Source of the DNA: Eledone cirrhosa
Taxonomy: Eukaryota
Direction: 5' to 3'
NCBI GenBank assembly: GCA_964016885.1
Contig: OZ024755.1
Span: 11,780,001 to 11,844,000 of the forward strand
DNA: 64,000 bases
Part shown: positions 28,219 through 46,726 of the stretch, in pieces
Layout: each line of letters begins with the position of its first letter
Position numbering within the stretch: the stretch's first letter is position 1
Translations under genes and position numbers: made by a program
Notes under the pieces: generated by a model
Databases searched by the model: none
Told to the model about the DNA's origin: nothing
Seen by the model: the letters and a program-made list of their open reading frames with translations, nothing else

Positions 28219-29673
28219 AAATCGAAGTTGAGGAAATTCTGTCTCTACGATTACTCCAACCGATATTTTATTTTTTCATACATAATATACTGATCGACTA
28301 TTATAATATTCATTTGCATTGGAGTGACTACATTTTAGATTTCAAATATTTCACTACATTTTACGTATATGTCAACCATGGATATATTTCAAATTACAAA
28401 TATTGTTAATGTTCGTTTAGAGTTGATTAAATATTTATAATATTAAAAATGGTTATAAACTACATTTTCACAATGCACAATATGTAATATTGCAATGATT
28501 TTTGTAAGATATCTCACTGCTGCAGATGTTTAGAGAGATGCCCCAAATATAAAAATATAAGCAATCAACAAATATATATATGCAATAAAGAAACCATTAT
28601 AGATAAAATATGTGTCTAAAATATTTAATTATGATTCAATATATATCTATATATATATCATTTCAGTGAATATTGCATGATATTTTAAATATGAATGACA
28701 CCAGTATTGCACGATGGTGAAATGGACCTCCGTCCGTTTCGATGGTGACTATTATAGTTATTCGATCAATGGAAACAGACGCTGTATGAGATTAATCTGC
28801 ATGTGGTTGAGAATTCTGCAGATATGTGACGAACGTTCCAAAAGTTTCCGTCAACTCAATTTCATCCACAAGGTTTCAGTTGACTCGTGGTTGTGGTAAG
28901 TGACACTTGTCCACGATATTGCGCAACTGAATCGAACCCGGGACCTACTGATTGTAAAGCGAACTTAGGTGGTTCTAGTTTTGTTTTGTTTTTTTCTTAG
29001 ACATTGGTGAACACAGTATGATGTGCTATCTTCGTTATCAGTAATAAACACCTGTACTGTAGAATGATATAAAACATATAAACTAATTTTGAACTGAATA
29101 AATAAACATTTATGTGTTATATATAACACTATAAATGTACATTTTATATCACATATAAATTGATAGTTATATATAACAGTATGATTTATATGTTATATAT
29201 AACTGTATAAATGTACGTTATATATAACTGTTATATATAACTGTATACATTTATGTTATATATAACTATAAATTTATGTTATATATAACGATATTAAAAG
29301 AATTAATTTCGTTCGCAAAAACTTTTGTTTCTTAAAACTTTCGACTTTGTTTGCAGGAACTATAAAAACAAAACCTTCACAATTCTAAGACGCCTATATT
29401 TATTGTGCACCTATTTCGAGTTTCTTGTGCTTTGAAGATTTGCAATATTTTAACATTTAATCACAAAAAGAAGCAGTGTTCGACCTACGTACGTTGAAAT
29501 GAGGTGTGTTTTAGTGGTTCAATTACATAGTACGTGTCGTGCGGAATCACGACACATGTCTTTGGAATGCTCAACGACCTCAACATTAATTTCACAAGCA
29601 GATTATTCCGTTAATCAAACACTGATTGTTGAAATCGATGGAGATCCAACATTGTGTGGAGGTGCTGTATTGT

Positions 29674-29791
<118 letters not shown>

Positions 29792-31044
29792 AAAAAATAA
29801 ACATGTAACGTTAAACGTCACTTCTAGTCTAATCACAAATCTTTTAGTAATAGCCACATATTTACATCCGAAATAAGAAAGCAGAAAATAAATCAACTAA
29901 AATCAAGCCTATCTATCCAGCAGTCAGTTATTACTAGAAACCGAGCATAATCTAAAAATGATGCCATTACTTCTTTAAAAATATCTTACTTCATTGTAAA
30001 CAAGAAGAAACAAAAGTTCATTCGAGGATGGTGAGCTTTAAACGAATAATTTGTGAGTGTCAGTAATAGCTTATTTAACGGATTTTCTAAAAAATGTGAG
30101 ATTACGTCAGCTATACAAGCCTTACATTTATCAGACAAAACCATTACATAAAGAATACATGTAATTTCAAACGGACTTGCAAATTCTGAGAAAGAGTGAC
30201 TTGCTAATTAATATGGGGATGGTTCTTAGTACACTTTGACGAGATATATAAAACACAGAAGCTAGATGATAGTTGAGGTAAGAATGACATCCAGTGATTT
30301 TTCTATAACAGAAGAACTATTGAAAATGTTGCCAATGTACAACATATTTATCTCTATCCTTTGGAACACCTATTCAGGTAAGAGTAGAAGATTTACAAGT
30401 AGAGATTTTGGACCTTAAGAATTACATCTTTTGTGCAGAGAATTATTTTAGGAATTGATTTGTTAGAAGATTCGCATTCCAAAAAACAAATAAGCAAAAG
30501 GCAACAAAGACACAGGCATCGCTGTGTGGTTAGTTAAGGAGTTCGCTTCATGTTTGTGTTTATATCCAGCGGATCGACAAAAAACAATTCGAATAAATAT
30601 ATACCAGACTTTAAAAAATAAGTACTTGGGGTCGATATGAGCGACTAAATTCTTTCAAGGTGGTGCCCCAGTTGTCTAATGACTGACAGCAGTAGAATAA
30701 TAAACGAAAATGTTAAGCTCGCATTTCGAAGATGCCGCTTTGATCGTTGGAGATGATCCCACATTGGTGAGAGGTCTATTGATCTGTTGTTTAGTTTGAA
30801 CTGTTGTGGGATCATGGCAATAGGAAAGAAGAGGTTAGATGTGTTGGAATGATTACAGAGTGTTGTAATTCAGGACAGGAACGAATCTCACAAAGGTAGT
30901 CTTCAGGATAATTATATGGCATAATTGTTAGAACGTCAGATAGAATTATTTGTGGTATCCATGCCAGCTCCCTGAGTTCTGAGTTCAAACATCACCGATA
31001 CTCGGGTCAATTCTTCCATTATAGCTCTTTATTGCTCTCCTCTG

Positions 31045-31168
<124 letters not shown>

Positions 31169-31495
31169 GAAATGACAAGACAAACACAGAGATGCAAAAA
31201 CACAAAGTATCACGTTTAGGAGGAAGTAGAAGAGATGTTGAAGTTCCGGAAATATGCTCTTCTTTGGGAAATGAAGAGTTCAGAGAGATAGAAAAGGTTG
31301 GAACATCGAAGTTTAGAGAACGTCTCAAACGTTAAGACTATTTTCCTACTATATCAGGCGTTAAACTAACATTTACCATTATTGCATTGCATGTTGTCCT
31401 ATTTTCTCCTTTGTCCACTTCTCTCTCATATATATATCTATGTATGTATGTATGTATGTATGTATGTATGTATGTATGTATGTATGTATGTATGT

Positions 31496-32104
31496 ATGTC
31501 AGGTCATCAGTTGGTGCTACTGGTAACATGTATCACAGTACAACCTGTCTCATGGTCGGGTCGTTGGCGACTAAACTGGCAACCCCACCAAGGTTGCTTG
31601 GTGAGGAGGGTGACTTTGGACATCCTGCAGGACTAAAAACAAAACCTGTCAAAGGGCAAAGGAGCTCTTAAGAGTCAATGGCCATCCAAAATCACTGGGA
31701 GAGATGACCCCTTAGCCTTTGTCAAGGCAGAATTCTAGGAGAAGGAAAACTCTGATATAACACCTGCAACCCTGATGGTATCCAATGATGTTGACTTGTT
31801 CTTCTTTTTGGTAAATATCATCTTGGTTAAGAGAGTGGGACTGGCTTTGTGCAGTGCCTTTGCTCACTATAAAAGCTTCACGGCACAGGCATTGCTTTAT
31901 ATCTGGAGAACTCTATGCACTTGTCGTCACATGGTACCATGGGCCCAGCACTGTGTCAATAATTGTCACAAGTGTAGTGTTTGTACCAGAGTTTTCAAGT
32001 CGCTGGCTGGACTAAAAATTCACACTCGTTCAGCGCATCGGTAGGGGTTCTGCTACATGGATATAAAGTAGTGGCCGTACTCGAAAACGAGTTGGCAGCC
32101 ACCA
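31496..32104 (+). mobile_element. Non-autonomous bipartite RTE-derived retroelement (5' UTR + 3' end), copy 1
   Basis: RTE-type 5' motif ctaggagaaggaaaactctga, 3' [26 protein letters not shown] zinc knuckle and (ATGT)n tail. A second full copy is at 49396-50006. Confidence 0.75.
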
Positions 32105-32154
32105 TGTATGTATGTATGTATGTATGTATATATATATATATATATATATATGTA

Positions 32155-32258
<104 letters not shown>

Positions 32259-32455
32259 TTAGAAACACAGATACATGCGGACACACACATATACATGAAT
32301 GCATCCACACCCAACCGTGAGTTAATGGTGCCAACCTTACCGATGTTGCTCAATGAATGACTGGGACAGACCAATCCGGTTGAATTAGACTGAACCAGTA
32401 TCAGAGTTAAAAATACATTATGAAGAGAGAATGTATATGTATGTATGTATGTATG

Positions 32456-34577
<2,122 letters not shown>

Positions 34578-34810
34578 ATTAATACACCTACGATCATTAA
34601 ACCACCCTGAGCATTCTCTTTACATGTTAACCCTTCCACTCATTTATAATATGATCACTTGACGAACACCACATCTTACCCAGTTCATGATATAAACACA
34701 TACTTTCTACCAATTTATACAAGTATGTATACACATGTTTGTATGTGGTTTTGTGGATATATATATATGTATATATATATATACATATATATATATGTGT
34801 GTATGTGTAG

Positions 34811-34849
<39 letters not shown>

Positions 34850-34879
34850 TATATGTATCTACACATACACACACATATA

Positions 34880-35073
<194 letters not shown>

Positions 35074-35419
35074 TATATATATATTTATATGTGTATCTAT
35101 GGAGAGATGTGCGCATATATATTTATACGTTAATATTGAGTACGTGTGCGATTGTGCGCCTGTATATGCGCTTATGTGAGCGAAAGATTGCACGTATATG
35201 TGTGTATTTGTATTTCCATGTAGACGCACATATACTTATGTGTGAATGTATATGTTTACGTACTATTACGTATATGCGTGAGTTTGAGTATGTGTATGTT
35301 TATGTATTTGGATATTTATATTTTTTTTCTCCTCAATGTATGCTCGTTATTTTATTTCAGCCTCACTTTCATTTATCCTAAGCTCTGTTTTCAAATCCAT
35401 ATCAATATTCCATAATAAA

Positions 35420-35486
35420 TATTTTTTCTGATGAATGAAGACAGACATAAATAGCTGTCTTCAAGAAACCATTGGTAAATGAAATA
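35420..35486 (+). ncRNA. Minimal type-I hammerhead ribozyme downstream of the PLE ORF
   Basis: uauuuuuu CUGAUGA a UGAAGACAG acauaaauag CUGUCUUCA a GAAA CCAUUGG UA^aaugaaaua. Same strand as the ORF, 25 nt before (TA)n. Confidence 0.8.
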
Positions 35487-35509
35487 ATTATCTTATGTTG
35501 TTTATTACA

Positions 35510-35593
<84 letters not shown>

Positions 35594-35692
35594 GTTACAT
35601 TAACGAGGAGATATTCGCCCGAAGACATTTCTTTCTGTAAAAACATACACATATAATAATAACAATACTAATAAAATTACACACACACACAT

Positions 35693-35852
35693 CTACAGAA
35701 TTTACAGAATGTTCTGCAACTTAAGCAGTATATTTTCCAGCGAGACTATACATATATATATATATATATAGTCTCGCTGAAAAATATTTATATATATAGT
35801 CTCACTGGAAAATATACTGCTTAAGTTGCAGAACATTCTGTAAATTCTGTAG
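35693..35852. repeat. Near-perfect ~55-bp inverted repeat with an internal third partial arm
   Basis: ctacagaatttacagaatgttctgcaacttaagcagtatattttccagcgagacta / tagtctcactggaaaatatactgcttaagttgcagaacattctgtaaattctgtag. Confidence 0.9.
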
Positions 35853-36176
35853 TTTAGTGAGCGGTCGCAAGACCTTATCGAAAGCTGCTTACTTCTAATT
35901 CCAGCTGCCAAAAATCTGTTTTATTTCAATGAATCTTCCAAAGGAATCCATCCACCACCGCTACAATTATTCCTTTACTTGATTATTATGCCATGGTGGC
36001 ATGCCATATGCCTTAATTATGTCATACGTGCACAGTCGTTACAATATTTTAAACCTGTGGCGTTTTAATCTGCTGGAGCCCACCGCTCTCAATGTCTGAA
36101 CATAACCGAGAGAGAGAAGGATAGGGTAAGAGGGGGAGAGAGAGAGAGAGAGAGAGAGAAAGAGGGAGAGAGAGAA

Positions 36177-36224
<48 letters not shown>

Positions 36225-36556
36225 GTAAGAATGAAATATATAGTGTAAGAATTGACCCCACTATTAAATTCCTAAATTCCTAATTTATTAACCTCGGTGA
36301 AATTTCAGATTGCAGAGAGTCGGAACGTACAACGTATTTTCTCCGACATTCAGACGACTCTGCCAATTTGCCAATTAGTTATAAAGTAATAATAATAAGG
36401 GTCAGAATTTGTTTGTTTCTTTGATACAGAATGTTGTCTGTAAATTAAGTTTAAAACAAAATACTTGAAAATTTAACCTTAGCTTCAGGACACTCCAAAC
36501 TCCAGAATGGGAGGAAATAACGATGTTTATATTTAGAGAAGGATGAAAACCCAATA

Positions 36557-36655
<99 letters not shown>

Positions 36656-36727
36656 ATGTTTATAACAAACTATATGAAACTGTTATACAGCGAGAATAAC
36701 AATGTTTATATTTAAAGAATGTGTGTA

Positions 36728-36920
36728 CGAGGGTCGGGTGTAAAGTTTATGACTATGAAGGAGTGATGATAAGGCTGTGAAATGTTGCATGCATTAATTT
36801 CAATTCTTCTTATTAATAACTGCATTGTTTCTTTCTAGGGACTTTGTTGAAAAATAAACCTCATTTGGGCATTCTATGAGAGTATCTTAGTCATTCCATG
36901 AACTTTTCAGCCGACTCCCG
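36728..36920. mobile_element. mariner-type MITE
   Basis: TA|cgagggtcgggtgtaaagtttat ... atgaacttttcagccgactcccg|TA: imperfect TIRs with TA target duplication. Confidence 0.75.
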
Positions 36921-37555
36921 TATAACAAAGTACATGAAATTGTTATACCTGAAGAGAAAATGTTTATATTCAGAGAAGAAGTATACGCAGCAACGTTTAT
37001 AATAAAGGGCTTCAATTTGTTATAGAGCGAGATTAACCAACTAAAGAGAGAATTGTTTATAGTTAAAGAATATTGGATATTAAATAGTATCTATAAATTA
37101 TGTTTAAAACATATTACTTGAATTTTTGAACTTATTCCACGAACAGCCACCACAAATGCTACATTTGCGAGTGAATAATCGGGAAAGAGAAATGTTTATA
37201 ATTTGAAAATGTGAGCGTCTAAAACGCAGAAAATGACTATATTAACAATCCATCTCGATAAATTATACTTGATATATAATCGAAGGAATTACACTTAGAG
37301 GCGGAAAAGTGAGGTTAGACGCGCCTAAAAATGAATATACAATAGGGGATATATATATTATGTTTACATCAGAGTATATCAAATTTTGAACTTAGTTCAC
37401 GACCTTACTCCGCCTCTAGTAGCTTCGGGGACATCAGGTGTGGGAACTACTAGTCTAATCCCAGGCTACAGAAGCTACGAAGAGTAAATCTTCGGATGAA
37501 AAATGTAAACAAACGAAAACCGGTGTAATATGAATAAATGTATTCTGTCAGTCAG

Positions 37556-37926
37556 ACATAGAAGAATGTGTTATAAAAAGATATTTTCATAGCGAGACTA
37601 TGGGAATAGGTTTATTGAGGATATTGTATTTCATATGTGCATATATAACACACACATACACACTCACACACACATATATATAAGACCATCAACCGCCTTG
37701 CCTTGAACGCATCTATGTGTATATATGTGTATATATGTGTATATATGTGTATGTATTTTCTGGTTGTAGATGCGTTCAAGGCAAGGCAGTTGATAGTCTT
37801 ATATATATGTGTGTGTGAGTGTGTATGTGTGTGTTATATATTCATATATGAAATACAATATCCTCAATAAACCTATTCAAATAGTCTCGCTATGAAAATA
37901 TCTTTTTATAACACATTCTTCTATGT
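37556..37926. repeat. ~157-bp inverted repeat with a ~55-bp spacer
   Basis: acatagaagaatgtg...ttgaacgcatcta / tagatgcgttcaa...cacattcttctatgt. Confidence 0.92.
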
Positions 37927-37998
37927 ATGAATAAATATATATATATATATATATATCATCATCATCATCTTCGTTTAACGTCCATTTTCCACGCTACC

Positions 37999-38030
<32 letters not shown>

Positions 38031-38126
38031 CCTATGCACATGTGTACGAAATAAAAATACGAGGCGCATCTACACAGACATATAAAGAGCTAATATACAC
38101 CCACACACTCACCTACTACAGATATA

Positions 38127-38188
<62 letters not shown>

Positions 38189-38318
38189 AGCGCTGCTTGT
38201 AATCTTTAAGTGGCTGCCCAAGCATGGCCGCAAGCATATGTATTAAACAATCTCGTCCACACCACTCACAACCATATCTATACATATACTCACATATACA
38301 CAGCATTAGCCAAACATT

Positions 38319-38396
<78 letters not shown>

Positions 38397-38467
38397 ACAC
38401 ACCCACACCCACACACATATTCGCATGCAGGTGTATACGTGTTATCAGCAGCAGGGTGTGTCTATAC

Positions 38468-38723
38468 AAGTGATTCCCAAATTTTTCACTACCAGAAACC
38501 CCTTTTGTTGAAATGAATTTTCCCACGGACCACCCCATTACAATAACTCTCCTCCCAGATTGTCATACGGTGAGAGTAACAATTAAATGAGAGAAATATT
38601 TCTTCGTGATGAAGAATGTAGACCCAGTAGTGTTTGTATGTTATGTTTATAAACAAACTACTTGAAACTATCATACAGTGAGAATAACAATCAGAAAATA
38701 GATATATATATATGTGTGTGTGT

Positions 38724-38808
<85 letters not shown>

Positions 38809-38940
38809 CGTGTGCGTGCGTGCGTATGTGTGTGTGTGTGTGAGTGAGTGTGTGTGTATATATATTGGATCAAGTATGAAATTTGTAGAAATTTGTAGAA
38901 AAAAAAACAAGTTTCTATAAATTTCATACTTGACGACCCA

Positions 38941-38975
<35 letters not shown>

Positions 38976-39117
38976 TGTATGTATGTATGTATGTATGTAT
39001 GTATGTATACTTAGAGAAGATTGGATACCCGATAGTGTGTATATGAAGTTTATAAGAATCTATCTGAAATGTTTAACGTTCGTGGTGCCCTTGTGGACCC
39101 CAGTTTGGGAAAGGTGG
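38468..39117. mobile_element. hAT(Charlie)-type MITE, degenerate, with internal microsatellites
   Basis: caagtgattcccaaa ... ggaccccagtttgggaaaggtgg resemble CAGTG.TTCCCAA termini. Internal hairpin at 38870-38933. Confidence 0.5.
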
Positions 39118-39657
39118 TCAGCACACAGGTAGCGAGTCAACGTGTTTCCCCCACAACTTCACAAAGTGGTCGTTTGAGCGGGTTGTCATAGCAGCCCCAA
39201 ATCCCTCAAACCACACGGTTTTAGCTATACATGCACCAACATACATATGCAACTATATTCGCTGGGAGATGTAAATGTCATTACCTACAGCAGACGTGTT
39301 TACACGTAGATAAGTAAGCCAGCGTGGTATACGCAACATCACTTGTTTGTATAACAGTCAAATATCCCTCAAATCTCAACCTAACATCATAATAAAGATA
39401 AAAGAAAAATAGATATTAAAGATGATGTAGTCTTCTTAAGCCTAATAGAACAGTGTTGTCATGGCTGGAACGTCTCATATTGTTAGTCAACACACATACA
39501 CCTGTAGCCATGTATGTGTGCGTGTGTCACCGGTCACGCTGACACATATATTGCATTCTTACAGTCACGCACGTATTAAACCCAAAACAATGTAACATAT
39601 ATATGCAAGCGTATAAGTATCCATAACAGCAGTCCCACCACTTACAATAATACACTC

Positions 39658-39695
<38 letters not shown>

Positions 39696-39756
39696 TCTTT
39701 TACTCTTTTACCTGTTCCAACCATCCGGCTGAGGCCATGCTGGGGCACCGCCTTTG

Positions 39757-39794
<38 letters not shown>

Positions 39795-39795
39795 A

Positions 39796-39829
<34 letters not shown>

Positions 39830-40535
39830 TACACTTGACTAAGCGCAAGAATACACCGCGTTACAAATGTATTGAATTCTTGGAAATCTTTCCGTAACAC
39901 GGAAACTATTTTCTTTCCGTAAGGTAAAACCTATTTTCCTATTGACTTTTATTCTGTAAATTGCGATGCGTTACAGCGGATTTTTTTCTTTCTTTCTCGA
40001 AGAAAAATAAAATGTAATACAACCACTTGTCTGCATAAAAATTACTTTTAAACACAAAAGAGAATTGCACTAGTGAATAAATAAGAATCGTAATATCGTC
40101 AGAGGCTACGTTCACACCACAAAAGCTGTTGACTGCTGTTGTAATGGAAGGTGGTTTCGTGGGAAATATTGTGAGGGTGTGGGACTTTATATTCTCCCCT
40201 ATAATTAATTCATCATCAGCAACATTTGCTTGAGGTGAAGGGGATGAAGAGCTGAAACACGTATCCAAAGTTGTTTGAAGTTTACGACCTACCGCCCCTT
40301 TGTACACGGCGTTGAATTTGCTGAGTCATTAGGACGTCGGATTATAAATGCCACGACATTTTTTACGGCTCACTCGATTTTGAGTTCAAATAGCTCCAGA
40401 ATCAACGTTGCCTTACATCCTTTCCAATACGATAAATAACATGGCAGTACAGGGATCAATTTTTCCTCAATTCTGTGAAAGAAATCAGTTACTTTCAGAT
40501 CGGGTGAGGAAGGGGCTCCTGCCTAAGTTACGCTG

Positions 40536-40640
40536 TGTAAAGACGGCATCCTAAAGCTCCTCCAGGAATTAAGGGTTTTTAAGCTACACTATGTAAAGAC
40601 GGCACCCTAGAGATCCCCCAGGAGTTAAGGTTCCTTTAAG
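40536..40640. repeat. Two diverged ~55-bp tandem units
   Basis: tgtaaagacggcatcctaaagctcctccaggaattaagg / tgtaaagacggcaccctagagatcccccaggagttaagg. Confidence 0.8.
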
Positions 40641-41830
40641 TTTTACCTTATTGTATACTTAACAGTGTTATGAAGAAAAGAAATTGTTGGGGATATATTC
40701 TAATATCACATTATCATAAAAAATCATTTAAGTTCATTGAATGGCCTGTTTAAAAAAAGCAGCACCTTGTTAGATATATTATCCTCGGCACTGCATCTTT
40801 CTACAGCAAAGCAAAACAGTTTATAAACCACTCTTCAAAAAGCCTTTTCGTCAATACCTTCTTATATGAATGCTAGACCATGGGTAAATAAAACTTTGCG
40901 GAGCTCTTGAATGTCGTTGGATTTTCGAAGTGATACACTAGTAAAGACTTAAATTTAAGATCACATTTCTTCTTCTCAGAAGAAACACGCGATTTTTGAA
41001 AACATTACGTTTGGTTGTTTTATTCTTCGCGAGAAATAAAAATCCTAGCAGGCCTGCGGTTTCAATAAAACACAACTTTATTAATGTAGTATATTTTTCA
41101 TGTTGTGTAGATTCCTTCAACAATAATTTTCTTCACCCCCCCCCCCCCCCCTCCGGATAATTAATATTAATAAAAGAAAAAAAAAACTCTATCAGCACTG
41201 GCAGCTTCACAGGTCATTTTAATTAAAACATTTCTTAGACCTGTTAAAACCAGGTTTTATTAACCAGGAAAAAGTCTTGCCTTACAAGCTTCACTTTCAT
41301 TTTCTTGCAAGGCACCATACAATTTTTTAACTCACTTAAATGACTAAGATATGAATTGCAGATTACTTATTATCCTACAGAAGATCCATACACTCAAGAG
41401 GTGTTACATATTAATCATCGTATTAGAGCCACAGAATAATAATATCGGAGCAGTTAACAGAGTAGCTTCTTGGGCATTTAAGCTAATCTTGTATTTATTG
41501 CTATGTATTGTTTCCCCACAGTTAAACATCTTAATTTTCTTATTTTGACGTCGTTATTCTCACCAATCGAATTTCTTCATTTCATTTCCAACAATGAACA
41601 TAAAAATGAACTCATAACTACTATTTACTATTTTGTGCTGACGACACACAATAAGGTAGAGACATACACTATCGTCCACAGCTTGGACTAATGAATTTCA
41701 ATTTATCTAATTCATTCTACTTATATTAAGACAAACATGGTTTCGATAAACGTAATGCTTTCAATTATTAATGAGAAAAAGGAAGACAGAAAGGAGAAAA
41801 GAACCCACACAATTCCCTCCCTTGTTAAAT

Positions 41831-42049
41831 AAGAGAAAGCGCTAAGTTTGACCGTCTCCCGAAATTAGTGGTTATACTTTACAAATTCCGTAACCGCAGA
41901 ATTCGGTGTGCGTGTATATATATATATATATATATATAAAGTGAACAACACAAAATATAACTACGGAATTACCCCCGAATTCTGGTGTTACAGAATTTCT
42001 AAAGTATGACCACTAATTTCGGGGGACGGTCCAACTTAGCACTTTCTCT

Positions 42050-42050
<1 letters not shown>
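41831..42050. repeat. Diverged ~75-bp inverted repeat around a (TA)n tract
   Basis: aagagaaagcgctaagtttgaccgtctcccgaaattagtgg...gaattcgg / ccgaattc...ccactaatttcgggggacggtccaacttagcactttctctt. Confidence 0.85.
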
Positions 42051-42100
<50 letters not shown>

Positions 42101-42150
42101 TCAGCGAGAATCGCATTTCGGCGGGTAGAAAAAGCGAAACGAAACGCAAA

Positions 42151-42700
<550 letters not shown>

Positions 42701-42739
42701 AATGGGCGGATTAATTCACAAGGAAATGTTGACAGTGAT

Positions 42740-43017
42740 CTCGAAGTTTTTAACTTTGCCTTTCATCCTTACGGGGTCGATAAAATAAAGTACCAGTAAT
42801 GCACTAGTAATTGCTGGCCTTGTGCCAAAAGTAGAAACAATTATTTACTTATATGAGTCGGACGCCATGCTTTCCAGCATAGTTACGTCCCTTTACGATC
42901 TGAGTTCAAATCCCGCCGAGGTTAACTTTGCCTTTCATCCTTATAGGGTCGATAAAATAAAGTACCAGTAATGTACTGGTGAATGGCTGGCCTTGTGCCT
43001 AAAGTAGAAACAATTAT
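42740..43017 (+). mobile_element. Two tandem young SINE copies
   Basis: Both end in gtagaaacaattatttacttatatgagt. Same body as 23510. Confidence 0.85.
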
Positions 43018-43270
43018 TTACTTATATGAGTGATCACTTAGACACTGTTCTGTTTTTATTTGTATAAGATATAAAGTACACATATACATACATATAGATA
43101 CATACATACATATAGATACACATATAGATACATACATACATATAGATACATACATACATATAGATATATACATACATATAGATACATACATAGATATTTG
43201 TGTACAGACATGTACACAAAACCACAAACATTTACACCCAAATATTCATGCACACACACACACACACACA

Positions 43271-43306
<36 letters not shown>

Positions 43307-43313
43307 GATAAAA

Positions 43314-43384
<71 letters not shown>

Positions 43385-43572
43385 CCCTGTCTGGGTTTGT
43401 TTGTGTGGGTGTGTTCACACACACACACACCCCCCTATCCCAGAGACGCACTATCTCTACAACATACGTGTACGTATATAAGGGTGTGTACATGAATTTA
43501 TATTAGTGTATGTATGTGTGTATGTGTATGTATCCCCCTTCATACACACCCGCACTAACCATGCGGCACACA

Positions 43573-43678
<106 letters not shown>

Positions 43679-45129
43679 GGAGGGAGATAGAGAGTGTGTT
43701 TGCGTGCGTGTGTGCACGTGTATTTGTATGTGTGTATGTATATGTGTGTGTTTATTTACAGCAGCCAGTTAACTATCTTCCGACCAGTAGGAAAATGTCA
43801 GAATGACCCACCACTCGCTTCATATAACCTAGAGTTGTATAACTTACAGGACATTGACCTAAAGCTTTGTGCGTACGTGTATGTGTGAGTGTGTATGTGT
43901 GAGTGTGTATGTGTGTGTGTGTGTATGTGTGTGTGCGTGTATATGTGCGCGTGCGCTTAAGGATGTTTGTATATGTGGGTGTACTTAATTATGTGTATAT
44001 ATATATGTGTGTATGTATGTATGTATGTGTGTGTGCTGATGTGCGTGAGCGCAGATGTATGTGCGCATCCGTGTGCGTGCTTAAGGATGCGTGTATATGT
44101 GTGTGTATGTACGTGTGTGCGTGTGTGTGTATATATGTGTGTACTTAATTATGTGTGTATTTGTGTGTATGTATGGGCGTGTGTGCTTATGTGCGTGAGC
44201 GCAGATGTATGTGTATGTGTGTGTGTGTTTATGAGTGCGTGTGTGTGCTTCAGGATGTGTGCATATGTGTAAGGCAGTGTGTATGTGTGAGTAAATATGT
44301 TTGTGTATTTTTGTGAGTGCAGACGTGTGTGTGTATGTTTGTGTATTTAAGTATGTGCATATATGAGTGTGCGTCTGTTTAATGATGTGTGTGTGTTTAA
44401 GGATATGCATATGTGTGTGTGAATACGAATATGTTTATGCTTAAGTATGCGTGTATGTATGTATGTGTGTGCACTTAAGAATGTATGTGTGTGCACTTAA
44501 GAATGTGTGTATATGTGTGTGTATGCTTAAGAATGTGTGTATATATGTGTGTATACTTAATGGTGTGTGCATATGTGTGTCCTTAAGAATAACAGTATAA
44601 GTGTGTGTTTGAGGATGTGTATACGCGTGTACCTAAGGATGTGTGTGTATAGGTGTGTGCTTAAGTGTGTGCATATGTGTGTGTGAGATTAAGGGTGTAT
44701 AGATGTGAATGCGTGTGTATATGTACGTGTCATTAAGGATGTGTGTTTGTGTGTGTATGCGTGTTTATGTTGATGTGCATACATATGTACAATGTTTTCG
44801 TGGGTTCGCTGGGAGGGAACGCCAAAGTTTGTGTATGTGAATGTATTTTTAATGTATGTATATATGTGTGTGTGTATGTGTATGAGTATGTATGTGTGTA
44901 TGTACGTATGTATGTATGCATATATGATTATGAATATATATATGTGTGTGTGTGTGTGTGTAGCTATGGACTCTTCCCTAGTATATGTATGGATGTGTGT
45001 ATGTACGTACGTATGCATGATTATGTATATATGCTTGTGTGTGTGCGTGTATTTAGCTATGAACTCTTCCCTAGTATGTGTGTGAATGTGTGTATGTGTG
45101 TGTGTATGTATTGTGTTTGTAGCTGAGAA

Positions 45130-45650
45130 CTCTTCCCTAGTATGTATGTATGTATGTATATATGAGTGTGTGTGTGTGTATGTATGTATGATTATGAATA
45201 TAAGTGTGAATGCGTGTGTATGTATGTGTGTATGTACGTGTGTATGTATGTATGTATGTGCATGTGTGAATGTATGTGTGTATGTACGTGTGTATATATG
45301 CATGCATGTATGTATGTATGTATATATGAGTGTGTGTGTGTATGTATGTATGATTATGAATATAAGTGTGAATGCGTGTGTATGTATGTGTGTATGTACG
45401 TGTGTATGTATGTATGTGCATGTGTGAATGTATGTGTGTATGTACGTGTGTATATATGCATGCATGTATGTATGTATGTATATATGAGTGTGTGTGTGTG
45501 TATGTATGTATGATTATGAATATAAGTGTGAATGCGTGTGTATGTATGTGTGTATGTACGTGTGTATGTATGTATGTGCATGTGTGAATGTATGTGTGTA
45601 TGTACGTGTGTATATATGCATGCATGTATGTATGTATGTATATATGTGCA
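45130..45650. repeat. ~160-bp TG-rich tandem repeat, ~3 copies
   Basis: gattatgaatataagtgtgaatgcgtg recurs at 45190, 45352 and 45512. Confidence 0.85.
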
Positions 45651-45850
45651 TGTGTGTATGTATGTACATATGTATATATGATTATGAATATATGTTTGTG
45701 TGTATATTTGTAGCTGTAAATTCTTCCCGCTATATATTCGTGTATATATTTGTCTGTCTTTGTGTGTGCGTGAGTACTTGTGTGTACTTATGTGTGTGCA
45801 TGTGTTAGATCTGCGAGTTCTTACCATGTATACGTTTGTGTATATATTTG

Positions 45851-45905
<55 letters not shown>

Positions 45906-45948
45906 ATACATTGGTGTATTGTATATTCCACGGCTATTTGCATTGTTG

Positions 45949-46026
<78 letters not shown>

Positions 46027-46231
46027 TATATATATGTCTGTGTGTAGATATATATATATATATCGTGTGAAGTTACTACAATATATATATATATATATAT
46101 ATATAAACTTATATTTATTGTGTGTGGTTGTATGTGTTTACGAATGCACACACATGTCAAATACACAAGAGAACATGTGGGAGAGAGAGAGAGAAAGACT
46201 GAGAGACAGTCACACCTATATATATATATAA

Positions 46232-46377
<146 letters not shown>

Positions 46378-46392
46378 TATATATATATATAA

Positions 46393-46726
<334 letters not shown>

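Noticed and set aside
35850-35895. ggtc-gcaa-gacc..GAAA gctgc tt as a hammerhead
   Set aside because: No CUGANGA core.
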